Shown one piece after another: positions 37,181-48,614 of a DNA stretch of 64,000 nt (position 1 is its first letter; the number at the start of each line of letters is the position of its first letter). Location of the stretch: positions 36,458,001 to 36,522,000 of the forward strand of contig NC_086109.1 of assembly GCF_963921235.1 (NCBI RefSeq), given 5' to 3'. Below the pieces are notes generated by a model. It saw only the letters and a list, made by a program, of their open reading frames with translations. It had not been told where the DNA came from and searched no databases. This DNA is from Mobula hypostoma. Taxonomy: Eukaryota. The translations under genes and the position numbers were made by a program.

Positions 37181-37773
37181 TACCTCTTCCTATAGATGCT
37201 GCCTGGCCTGCTGCATTCACCAGAATTTTTTTATGTGTGTTGCTTGAATTTCCAGCATCTGCAGATTTCCTCATGTATGGGAATCATATGTAGGCCTCCA
37301 AATAGTCGCAGAGAGGTGAAGTTGAAATTGCAAAGGGAGCTGCAAAAGGTATATAATAAGGGTAATGTCACAATTGTAACGGGGGACTTAAATATGCAAA
37401 GTGATTGGGAAAATCAAGTTGCTGTTGGATGGCAGGGGAGGGAATTTGCTGAATGACTACGAAATGGATTTTTAGAGCATCTTGTGCATGAGCCTACTCA
37501 GGGAGAGGCTATCTTAGATTGGATGTTGTGTAATAACCAAGATCTTATCAGGGAGCTTAATGAAGTGAACCTTTAGAAGAAAGTGATCATAATATGATTA
37601 AAGTCATACTGTAATTTGAGAGGGAGAAGTATAAGTCAGAGAGGGAGAAAGTATCAAGCAGGGTGGACAAAGGAGAGGCAGTAGATGTCATTTACTTGGA
37701 TTTTCCGGAGGCATTTGATAAGGTGCCACACATAAGGCTGCTTACCAAGATAAAATCCTGTGGCATTACAGGA

Positions 37774-37943
37774 AAGATACAGGCATGGATAGAGGAACGG
37801 CTGACAGGCAGGATGCAGCAAGTGGGAATAAAGGGGGGCTTTTGTGGTTGGATCCCAGATACTTGCCAACAAGAAAAGCCTCCCTTTATTCCCACTTGCT
37901 GCCTGCTGCCTGTCAATCATCCCTCTATCCATGCCTGTATCTT
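37774..37943. repeat. Fold-back inverted duplication within CR1 RT
   Basis: AAGATACAGGCATGGATAGAGG...GTGGGAATAAAGGG (37774-37855) is mirrored by CCCTTTATTCCCAC...CCTCTATCCATGCCTGTATCTT (37864-37943). Confidence 0.9.
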
Positions 37944-40900
37944 AGGGGTCAGTACTGGGACTGCTACTTTTCACATTGTTTGTCAGTGATTTAGATAATG
38001 GAATTGATGGCTTTGTGGTAAATTTTGAGGATGGTATGAACATAGGTGGAGGGGTAGGTAGTGCTGAGGAAGCAACGCGATTGCAGTAGGGCTTAGACAA
38101 ATTGGAGGAATGGGCAAAACAGTGGCAGATGGAATAAAGTGTTGGGAAATATATAATGCATATTGTAAAAGGAATAATAATGCAGAATATTATCTAACTG
38201 GGGAGAAAATTCAAACATCAGAGGTGCAAAGGGACTTACGAATCCTCGTGCAAGACTCTCAGAATGTGTTGTCATTGGACAGCGTCCACAGAAGGCTCAC
38301 AAAGATGATTCTGGGAATGAAGTGGTTAACATATGAGGAGTGTTAGGGAGCTTTGGGGCTGTAATCACTGGAATTTAGAAGAAAGCAGGGGGATCTCATT
38401 GAAATCTACTGAATGTTGAAAGAACTAGATAAGTTGGATGTGGAGAGGAGGTTTTGGGTTGTGTTGGGAGTATCCAGAACTATAGGGCACAGCCTCAAAA
38501 TTCAGGGGTGACTCTTTAGAACAGAGGTACGGAGGATTGTTATAGCTGGAGAGTAGTGGATCTGTGGAATGCTCTGCCACAGACTGCGGTGGAGGCCAAG
38601 TCCATGGGTATATTTAAAGCGGAAGTTGAAAGTTTCCTGATTAGTCAGGGAATCAAAAGATATGATAAGAGGGCAAGTGTATGGGTTTGAGTGGAATCCA
38701 GGATCAGCCAGGATGGAATGGTGGAGCAGACTCATTCAGACGAATGGCTTCATTCTGCTCCCGTGTCTTATGGTCTTGTGGTCTAATGGGCAGCATGGCC
38801 TCCTTCTGCACGAGAAGAAAATATAAGCAACTGCTGGAATTTCTGGAAAACAGGATCATTTCTCTGTCCCATCTACTACTGCAATGTTTGTATAATGGAT
38901 GAAGAAGAGCACTACACTAAAAAACTGCAGGGAAATTCTCCCCTTATCATTGATATCACTGAGATAGCTTTGCTTAAAAATAAACAAGGTAATGATCTAC
39001 CTTGCTACAATTCGTGAGAGATGTCTGTGTGGGCACTAGTATTTTAGTCTAAATTTATTGCAATAGGCCTAGAACATTTGAAGAACTAAGGGAAGTTAAC
39101 AAAGGGAAAATTATCAACTGTATTTGTTCAGCATCATTCATTTGATATGATAGTGACCAAGAAATTGTATATGTAAGGGAGAATTGTATACAGTAAACCT
39201 ACTTACATTAATCTTGCTATTAAAAGAGTAGCAAGTTCATAAAGATAATGTTAACATGTATTTTTCGTTTGAAATTCAAATTCTGCACTCCCTCTCACAC
39301 CCTCTCCCTCTCCCACTCTCTCTCTCTCTCTCCCTCCATCTCCCACACCCATCCCAACCTCTCCTACTCTTCCTCTGATAGCAAATATATGTCTTCATAG
39401 CAGCTTCTGACAACTAAGCATAAACTGTAAATCAAGTATCCTTGATCATATGTTTGCAGTGGAAAGGTGTACTCTTAGCCAGCAGTAACTTACTCATGCG
39501 TGGTGTATGGAAAAATATACAAGAAAGATCAATTTCAATTCATCTGTCTATATCCTTCATATACCATCTATCTCCCCTCTTCATTCTCAGTCCCAATGCA
39601 GGGTCTGAATTTGAACCATTAGGAATTAAATTATTCCCATAGATGCAAACTCAGTTCTTCCAGCAGTTCATTTTTTTCTCTCTCTCTCTCTCTCTCACTC
39701 CAAGCCTTATATCCTGTGGTTCCCACTCTCTCTCTCCATCTGATCCACTCTCAGCACCCCGCCCCACCCCCACCCTATTTCAGTTCCATCATTCTTCATC
39801 CCTGCTCAGTCCATCTATCATCGACATATCGGTCTCACTCATCTCACTTCATCTTTACACCCGAGCTCTCTTCTGTTTCCACTTAGTACTAATGCAGGGT
39901 GTTGACACAAAATATCAGCAGTTTCTTCTCCCCCCCCACCTCCCCCCACTGATTCTGCTTGAAAGACTGAGATTTATTTTTCCCTTCAGCAGATTGGTTT
40001 TATTTCATTTTGGCTCCAGATTCCTGTATCTGCACTCTTCGGTGTTCCATTCTTTTTGGTTTATAGTATGTTTATTACTGTGCTATTCAGTGGCACAACA
40101 CTATTCTAATCTTGCTCTTTACTAACAGCAATAGGATTAGTTAATTTTACAGACACAGTCATGCTTTTCTCACTGTTATCTCCTTGCATACCAGGTGCCT
40201 GATGCATGCAAACTATTATACACACATATTAGGAAAAATGATTCACATTCATTCAGGTTAATTGGGGAAAAAATGCTAAGAAACTTCGTCATGACCTAGT
40301 GAGCCAAATCTTGCTTAGTTACTCAGGCAGAAGTTAAATCCTGGACTGGTATAGAGCTCCTGTAAGTCTTGACAGGTGCAAAAATGCATTAAATGCCATG
40401 TAATTGCCACTCAGATTTAATGGCATACCAGACTTACTGTGAGAATGGAAACCCCTATTCAATGTCAGTGGGAATTTTCGGTCTGTAGAAAAGGTGTAGT
40501 TACATTGATTATAAAATTATATTACTTCAGTTTAATCACTTAATGATTTGTAATTATTTAAAGAGTTTTACTTTTGATTAAAATAATGTCAATCACTTTT
40601 TAAATGATTTATATAAGTGATTCTGAATAGAGTAATAGAGCAATACAACAAAGAACCAAACCCCTAGGCATGCCCTGTCCAAGCCTCCTCAAAGTTGGAG
40701 ACCATAAAGTATTAATATCATTCACATCTTTGACAGGAAGCAATCCAGATTCCGAATCAGAATCAAGTTTATTACCATTGATGCGGAGCAGAAGAGATGT
40801 GCTGAATGGCCTAATTCCACTCCTATATCTATGGTCTCATATAGACATATATTGTGAAATTTGTTGTTTGGTGGCAGCAGTACAGTGCAAGATAGAAAAG

Positions 40901-42456
40901 AATTCTGTAGGTTACAATTTTATTTTCAGGGTGACTCTGGTGTGGAGTTACTGCACGATTCCTCCTGAGGCCGAGTCATCTCTGCAGCTTGTAGCCTGAT
41001 TTCCACATACAGAGGCTAATAAAAATGGCTTTCTACAGCTGACCCATGTGAGGATGATAACCACAAAGTTCAAAGTGCAAAGTAAATCTATTATCAAAGT
41101 TTGTGTATGTCACTCTATACGACCATTTTCTTGCAGGCATTCACAGTAGAACAAAGAAATACAACAGAATCATTGAAAAACTACACACAAAGATCAACAA
41201 TCAATGGGTAAAAGACAAATTGTACAAGCACCATTTGTAAGGCGGCTGGCTGAAACAGGCGCAGTCTTGTCTAATGAGTTCTTTCTAACTTTAGGAGGTA
41301 GTTGACTCATGCCCATCTTCAGAACATCCCAGTATACAACCAAGACTATCTCAGCAAAGTTCTGCATTGTTGCAGGCACCATATTTTAACCGTAATTTTA
41401 AAGCTACTTGATCTTGCGGATCAAGTAGGCATAAAAGATGTCAAGGGAGATCAGACAGATAGCTTAATGTCTAGGACAGCATTTTTTCTTTAATTGTCAA
41501 CATTAATGCAGCTTAATATCTGCTATTTGTAAGTAATATTCTTCTAAAGTAATTGATTTGCTGTGGAACATTTCAGTACATTCGTACCACTACACGTATG
41601 TTATTGACATTTTATCAACAGGAATGGGATTAGTTGATTTTGTAGAAATAATCACATTTTTCTCAGTTTTCATCAAAATACACTCATCTGTTAATATACT
41701 TTCTTAATGCTGATGTATGTACAGTAACTTCACTTCCAGGAGATTCGTTATCGCTAAGGGGACTTGTCTGAACTGGTCCCAAGTCTGTTACTGGGAACTT
41801 TCTTCAGAGCTGTCTTCTTAAAGTTAAAAACTTAACCCTCACCTTCTCCAGCACTACCCCCAATAACCTCTTCCCACTCTCCCTCAATCTGCTATGAAAT
41901 TGATCCTCCCACTCAACCTGAATCCTCCCTCTTCAACTGATTACATCCGCCCACTGACCGGAGACTCAGCGTTCAATTAACCATCCATCATAACCCCAAA
42001 CCCACAACTGATATCTGGAATACGCTTTCCATTTTGGGCCTCTCTCCTATGATTGTGCCCTGTCATATCAGTTTCAAAGGAAGCAAAGTTGGAAATGGTG
42101 TGCAATACACAAGGTTTATCACGTTTAATATAATCAGCCGAGGATATATGATTAGTAGCTACTGTCTACTTAAAAAAAGCAAATGGACCTCAGTTTATTG
42201 TTTCCTTCTAAAGAGGAAACCAGACAGTAAAACATTATTTAATTACATGAAATCACAATCTAGTATCAAAGTTCTTTATTAATAATTTAAATGTATTTAA
42301 TGGTAAACTATTCTCTGTTCTAATTTAAAACACGTATTTAGCACTTCTTAGTTTTGTTTCACTGAAGTAATTTTCACCTTCAAGCAGAAAGTTGTGTGTG
42401 TATTCCTTCACCCGAAACTTGAACATATATCCTTAAATAGTATTGGAATTTGGATC

Positions 42457-42645
42457 GCAATACACACAAAGTGCTGGAGGAGCTCAGCAGGCCAGGCAGC
42501 ATCTTTGGATGGGAAAGGAGATGAAAGGTCTCGGCCCAAAACATCGACTGTTTATTCCCATCCATAGATGCTGCCTGTGCTGGTGAGCTCCTCCAGCACT
42601 TTGTGTGTATTGCTCTAGATTCCAGTATCTGCAGTACCTCTCTTG
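42457..42645. mobile_element. Miniature palindromic Penelope-derived element
   Basis: Inverted arms of about 58 bp (GCAATACACACAAAGTGCTGGAGGAGCTCA / TGAGCTCCTCCAGCACTTTGTGTGTATTGC) around a hammerhead remnant (gatgaaaggtctcggcccaaaacatcgactg), followed by the PLE terminus. Confidence 0.8.
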
Positions 42646-42739
42646 ACTAGAATTTGAATTGGTTTATCATTGTCACATGTTCTGAGATACAGTGAAAAGC
42701 TTGGTTTTACAAGTCATCCAGGTAGATCATTTCAAAACA

Positions 42740-43100
42740 TAACTTGATTGGATGGGTTGTACATGAACTCCAGAGGGACCAACGTCCTTGCATACAAGTT
42801 TGCAAAGCTTTAAATAAGGTTCGCATGGGGATAGGAACCTGTCTTAGGTCAGATTAGGAGGCAGATGGTGTAAAAGTAGAGTCAATGTGGCAAAGACACT
42901 GAGAGGAAAGATAGTCAGTGGATGTGACATGTAACAGTAAGTTCAATGGGTTAAAATGTGTCTATTTTAATGTGAGAAATATTAAGAACAATGGTAATGA
43001 ACTTAAAGCATAGATCAGTATATGGAATTAGGATGTTGTGGCTTTTACTGAGACTTGGCTGTCATAAGAGCAGGATTGGCTGATTGATGCTTTGGGGTTA
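42740..43100 (+). mobile_element. Degraded CR1 ORF1-end/EN-start fragment
   Basis: DGLYMNSRGTNVL...GLKCVYFNVRNIKN...DVVAFTETWL. Confidence 0.65.
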
Positions 43101-43992
43101 AAAAAAAAGAACCTTGACCAGCGGCCAATCCAGACATCAGAAGTTTTGAGAGAAGGGGATTCAATTAGGTCCACCACCCGAGTACAAAAAGCAGCAGCAG
43201 GTTGCTAGAGAGAAAAAGATTTTTGACCATTGACCAATCGGCGTTTGGGATTGATTAGCAAGAACAAATTAAAGGAAGACAGGGGCAAGCACAGCAGCTG
43301 TGGTAATGTATGGATCTATTTCTTTTAGAGCAATGACCCCACCTCTCTTTAGCACTATGTATTGATCTGTTGTCTGTGCACGTGGATTGTTCTCTCTCTC
43401 TCTCGCTCGCTGCAATATGAATACACCAGTTAAAGCCATCTCCCCTGTGCATGCTTTTATTTAATTGATCTGTAGTTGTGCACAGACACAACAAATTAGC
43501 AATGCGTATGAACCTGAATGTCAGAAAATATCACAGTTGCGGAACAAAACAGCAGGAGTTAAACAGCACAAGAAAGCCAAAGGACTTGTGAGTAACTGTG
43601 TAAGGCGGGCTGAATTTAAAGTGAAAATAACATGGTGATGGCTTTATTCGGGAAAGTGAACAAATTTGATAGCGGTAATGAAGGCTAGGAGTTGTATATC
43701 GAGAGGGTTGAACTATATTGTAACATGAGCAACGTGAACGAGCAAAAGAAAGCCCTACACTTCTTAGCTTAATGGACCCAAGAACGTACAGTCTCTTACG
43801 CAACTTAGTAACTCCTGAAAAGCCAGCAAGCAAGAATTTCGATGAAATTGTTACAATTTTACAAAATCACTTCAGTTGTAAACCATGGGTAATAGAAAGA
43901 TTTAGATTTTACAAAAGGAAACACTCAAAAGATGAAAGCCTTTCCGAATACATTGCAGAACTGTGCAAACTTTCCCAGTACTGTGACTTTAG

Positions 43993-44669
43993 ATTAGAAT
44001 AGATTAGATTATGAGGGCACGCAGTCCTCTTTTATTGTCATTTAGTAATGCATGCATTAAGAAATGATACAATGTTCTTCCGGTGTGAAATCACAGAAAC
44101 ACAAGACAGACCAACACTGAAAAACTGACAAAAACCACATAATTATAACATATAGTTACAACAGTGCAAGCAATACCGTAACTTGATGAAGAACAGGCCA
44201 TGGGCACGGTAAAAAAAGTTCAAAGTCTCTCGAAAGTCCCATCATCTCACGCAGACGGAAGAAGGAAGAAAACTCTCCCTGCCATGAGCTTCCAGCACCG
44301 CAAACTTGCCGATGCAGCATCCTGGAAGCACCCGACCACAGTCCAACTCTGAGTCATCCGAAATCTTCGAGCCTCCGACCAGCTCTCCAACACTGAGCAC
44401 CGAGCACCATCTCTGCCGAGCGCTTCGACCCCAGCCCTGGTTGCCAGCAATAGGCAAAGCCGAGGATTTGGGGCCTTCCCTCCAGAGATTCTCGATTGCA
44501 CAGTAGCAGCGGCAGCGAAACGGGCATTGCAGAAGTTTCTCCAGATGTTCCTCCGTGCTTCTCGCGTCTGCCTCCATCAAATCAGAATTGTGCACAGCCC
44601 CTATTTAACAAATACACCAGAGAGGCCGCACGCGCTGCGTCACGTCGCCATCTTCTCCTCCCGCCGATG
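43993..44669 (-). mobile_element. Non-autonomous non-LTR retroposon (677 bp) inserted in Gypsy gag
   Basis: 8-bp TSD GACTTTAG (43985-43992, 44670-44677). (TCTAA)n-like tail. GC-rich 5' end with AAGATGGCG. The host gag reads CDF|SDGLSDALTDRL across the site. Confidence 0.8.
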
Positions 44670-45936
44670 GACTTTAGCGATGGACTTTCTGATGCATTAA
44701 CAGACAGGCTTGGATGTGGCCTGCATAGTCAAAGCACTTAAACAAGGCTACTGAAAGAAAGAGACCTAACCATGGCACAGTCATTGACCATTCCAATATC
44801 ATGAGAGACTGCAGCAAAGGATGCAGCAGAACTGAAGGAGGTTAGAATGTGAAATACACAAAATGCCCTGAATGCATTCAAAAACCCAAAAATGTTATCG
44901 ATGTGGCAAATCCTTTCATGATACAAATGACTGCTGGTTCAAAAAACTACCCGCAGAAAGTGTCACAGAGAAGGTCACATAGAGAGTGTACAAGGCAGAG
45001 AAAAAGCACAACTGAGTTAACAGTCTCAAGCACAAAACTAAGCAAATGCATAAAGTTACCAAATGTGAAAGAGAATCAGACAACATAGTCAGACAAAGGT
45101 GAACTGTCATGCCTGGAAATGCATAGTATTACTGAAGCAGATCACAATATAATATGGATCACAATAGATGTGTCTGGTGTAAAACTGAAAATGGAGCTGT
45201 GTTCAGGGTCAGCTCTGTCTACAATTCCAGATGCTGACGATAACAGAATCCTTTCTAAGATACCATTAGAGAAAACCTCAGTGATGCTAAAGACTTGCAC
45301 AAGTCCTCCAAAAGGCAAACTAAAAGTAAGGGTGACGTATGAAGGCCAAGCTCAGCAGTTAGGGCATCATGTATTGAAAAGTGGAGGGCCATCATTTTTC
45401 TGACGTGAATGGTTGAGAAAAATCCAATTAGACCGGTACTCAATCAAGGCTGTCAGTGTGATATCAACAGGCGACGACAGATCAAATTGCGGAGCTGCTT
45501 AATGCTAATAAGAAGGTGTTTGAGAAGGGGATTGCTAAGCTCAAAGGCATGAAGACCAGAATTTAACTAAATGAAACAGCAACAGCAAGGTTACAAAAAA
45601 TGCCTCCAGTGCCTTATACACGATGCCCTAAAGTGAATGCTGAGCTGCAAAACTTGGAGACATCTGGAATTTTCTCCAAGGTTGAGTTGAGTCGCAGTAA
45701 ACATGAAAGGGAAGGCTGAAGATGTTCGCATATGTGGGGGTTTCAAGGTAAGCATCAACCCGGTTCTGTGTACTGTGCAGTATCGCTACCACGAGTAGAA
45801 GACATTTTTGCATCTCTGGCAGGTGGGGAGAGGTTGTCAAAGATTGAATTGTCACACGCCTATCTGCAAATAGAGATTGAGGAGTCAAGCAGGAAGTTCC
45901 TCACAATCAACACTCACAAGAGATTGATCCAATATA

Positions 45937-47534
45937 CAGGTGTCCCCCGTTTTTCGAACGTTCGCTTTATGAAACCACACTGTTATGAAAGACCTACATT
46001 AGTACCCTGTTTTCACTTTCAGAAGGTGTTTTCACTATTACAAAGAAAGACAGCGCGCAATAAAAAATCAGCGCGCGATAAAAGGCAGCGCGCGTCCCGA
46101 GCAGCCGCTCTCCCCCGGATTCGGAACGGCATTGCTTAAACATGTGCCTGTGAGCAGCCGTTTGCAAGATGAGTTCTGAGGTATTGGAAAAGCCTAAAAG
46201 AGCTCGTAAGGCTGTTACACTTAGTGTAAAACTAGACATAATTAAGCGTTTCGATCGTGGTGAACGAAGCAAGGACAAAGTGAGTTTGGCTTGTGGAAGC
46301 TGATGAAGATGATGTTGAAGAGGTTTTGGCATCCCATAACCAAGAACTGATAGATGAAGAGCTGATGCAATTGGAAGAGGAAAGGATAACAATCGAAACC
46401 GAATGCAGAAAGTGAAGCAACTGCGTGAGATTTTCGCTGCAATGATAAAGTACGAGTTTAATTTTGAAAGGGTACGTAGGTTTAGGGGATATTTGCAGGA
46501 TGGTTTGAGTCTTTACAAACAACTGTATGATAGAAAAATGCGCAAGGCTCAGCAGTCAAGCAAGCCTTCCACATCAGCCACAGCAGACGACGAACCTTGA
46601 TCTTCAACATTGAGGCGGGCAGTCATAGGAGAAGATGAGCTGCCTGCCCTGATCAACGATGAGATGACACCCCCGTCTCCCACCACTCCAACACCCGGGC
46701 CCCGGACAGATACTGTACCGATTCGTGAAGAATGCAGCAGTAGCCGGGAGGCACACAGCACATCTTTAAGAAAAAAGCCGAAATAAAAAAGCTAATTAAT
46801 TAGGTGCCATCGACACGTAATTGTCGGCCCAGATCAGTGCCGATTTCCGATTGCATCGCCTCTGATCTGGGCCGACAATTACGTGTCGGCGGCACCTAAT
46901 TAATTAGCATGTTTATTTCGGCTTTTTTCTTAACGATGTGTGTGTGCCTCCCAGCTACTGCTGCGTTCTTTGTGGCAATGTATCGGGTCGGCGGCCCAGA
47001 GGGTGGGGGCCACTGCACCACCCAGCCTGTGACGACTCAGTCTAACACACCATCATCAGTTTGCTCGGCAAGCTGTCTTCCCGATTCCGTTAAGTGATAC
47101 TACACTGTACATACATTATTTCTACTTTATATAGGCTGTGTATTTTTACGTGTTATTTGGTAGATTTGGCAGCCTCATAGCTTAAAGGTTACTGGAGAGT
47201 GCATTTATGCCAACAGCGCTTGCCTGAGTTTTTCTGCCGAGAGCGCTTGCGTGAGATTTTCGCTACAGAGATCTGTGCAGGCAATTGTTGCAGAGAAGTA
47301 TTTCTACTTTATATAGGTTGTGTATTTATCATATCATTCCTGCTTTTACTATGTTACTGTTATTTTAAGTTTTATATGTTATTTGTCATGATTTGGTAGG
47401 TTATTTTTTGGTCTGTGAACGCTCACAAAATTTTCCCATACAAATAAATGGTAATTCCTTCTTCGCTTTACGACATTTCGGCTTACGAACCGTTTCATAG
47501 GAACACTCTACCTTCAGATGGCGAGGAAAACCTG
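45937..47534 (+). mobile_element. Internally deleted pogo/Tigger-like DNA transposon
   Basis: TA TSD (45935-45936, 47535-47536), ends CAGGT...ACCTG. CENP-B/psq-like KRARKAVTLSVKLDIIKRFDRGE is joined to an acidic C-terminal remnant (DEDDVEEVLASHNQELIDEELMQLEE). The host RT QY|NHLIFG is continuous across the site. Confidence 0.85.
46728..46970. repeat. Long near-perfect inverted repeat (arms about 110 bp, loop about 24 nt)
   Basis: AAGAATGCAGCAGTAGC...GTCGGCCCAGATCAG (46728-46837) pairs with CTGATCTGGGCCGAC...GCTACTGCTGCGTTCTT (46862-46970). Confidence 0.93.
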
Positions 47535-48026
47535 TAATCATCTCATCTTTGGCATCGTATCAGGTCCAGAAAGTTGGCAAAGAGTAATGGACCAAGTGCT
47601 CCAAGATATCTCAGGAACACAATGTTCCCTTGACGACATCATTGTGACTGGCAGAAATGATGAACCAATGTCAAAGTGCTTACCAAGCTGAGTGAGTATG
47701 GTCTGCATGCAAAGAGAGAGAAATGTGAGATTTTTCAAGAATGAAATCTCATATTGTGGACATGTCATTGACAAGCATGGCTTACATAATTCACAAGAGA
47801 ACATTGAAGCAATGCTACAGACACCCAAACCAGAAAATGTGTTGCAACACAGGTCACACTTGGGCTTGCAAACTACTACCACTTGTTTCTCCCAAACATT
47901 GCTACAGTGATGTATCCATTGAACACACTGTTACAGATAGGAACAATATGGGGATGGTCAGAAAGATGTGAAAACGCATTCAAGGAAACAAAGAGACTAA
48001 TAACACCCAATGAACTGCTCAAACAT

Positions 48027-48614
48027 TGTAACATGCTGTAAGGATTCACTGCTGGCTAATGTAATTACTTCTATGTAATGTTTCACTGCTAATGTGATGG
48101 TTTCTCTGTAGCAGCAATGTTTGGGTTATGGCTAGAGATAACGGGACTTTGGAATGTATGCTATCCAAAGGGAGAAATGTTGTTCTTTCTTGTGTGTCTA
48201 GAAGCCGGGTTTTTCACGGTCTTTCATCAGGAAGCAATGGAGAAGGAAGATACAAATGGAGAGAGTTGGAAGACCACCGGACAGAGTAGATTGAGGAGCG
48301 AGCGTCTGAGGGCCGGCTACACTTGGAGGTAGACAGGAAGAAATGAAAGAACAGTGCATTCCAACGATGTGCAATTGACTTTTTCCCTTAAAATGGACCC
48401 TTTTTATTTTCTTTACTAACCTTATAGTCAAATTAAGATTTATAAAGTTAAATCATTTAATTGAATATAGTGTATGGTCTGATATTTTGCAGTGCGGATT
48501 TGTAACCGGCAACACATCACGCAGAATCCACACAAACGAGATTTCTCAGTTTGGTGGGGCCAGAAGTTGTTTTCCCCCAGACAAACATGTGCTGGCTGAG
48601 CCTGAGGTCATGAC
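48027..48614 (+). mobile_element. Probable solo LTR inserted in Gypsy RNaseH
   Basis: Begins TGTAAC and interrupts LLKH|..LPIKLACDAS. The right end and TSD are degenerate. Confidence 0.55.

Larger units (their letters stand above)
35219..37275 (+). mobile_element. Penelope-like retroelement, 5'-truncated, with an inverted pseudo-LTR copy at the 5' end
   Basis: 14-bp TSD TATGGGAATCATAT (35205-35218, 37276-37289). Inverted pLTR 35219-35530. RT QTKGVAMGTRMGPSYACLFVG with INDC in place of IDD; GIY-YIG VIYCVRCSRCSLLYIGET. Confidence 0.93.
31770..38790 (+). mobile_element. Old near-full-length CR1 LINE (ORF1 esterase, ORF2 EN-RT) with nested insertions
   Basis: ORF1 Cys motifs at about 31985-32050, IGDSIVRG at 32410, VYIGTNNIG and ISGLLP (GDSL/SGNH-like). 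EN motifs LKVLYLN, VTGDLN and SDH. RT VDVIYLDFPEAFDKVPH. 3' end at about 38770. Outer limits approximate. Confidence 0.85.

Noticed and set aside
39643..40125. 160-aa hydrophobic ORF
   Set aside because: Derives from pyrimidine-rich, decayed Penelope-like pseudo-LTR sequence.
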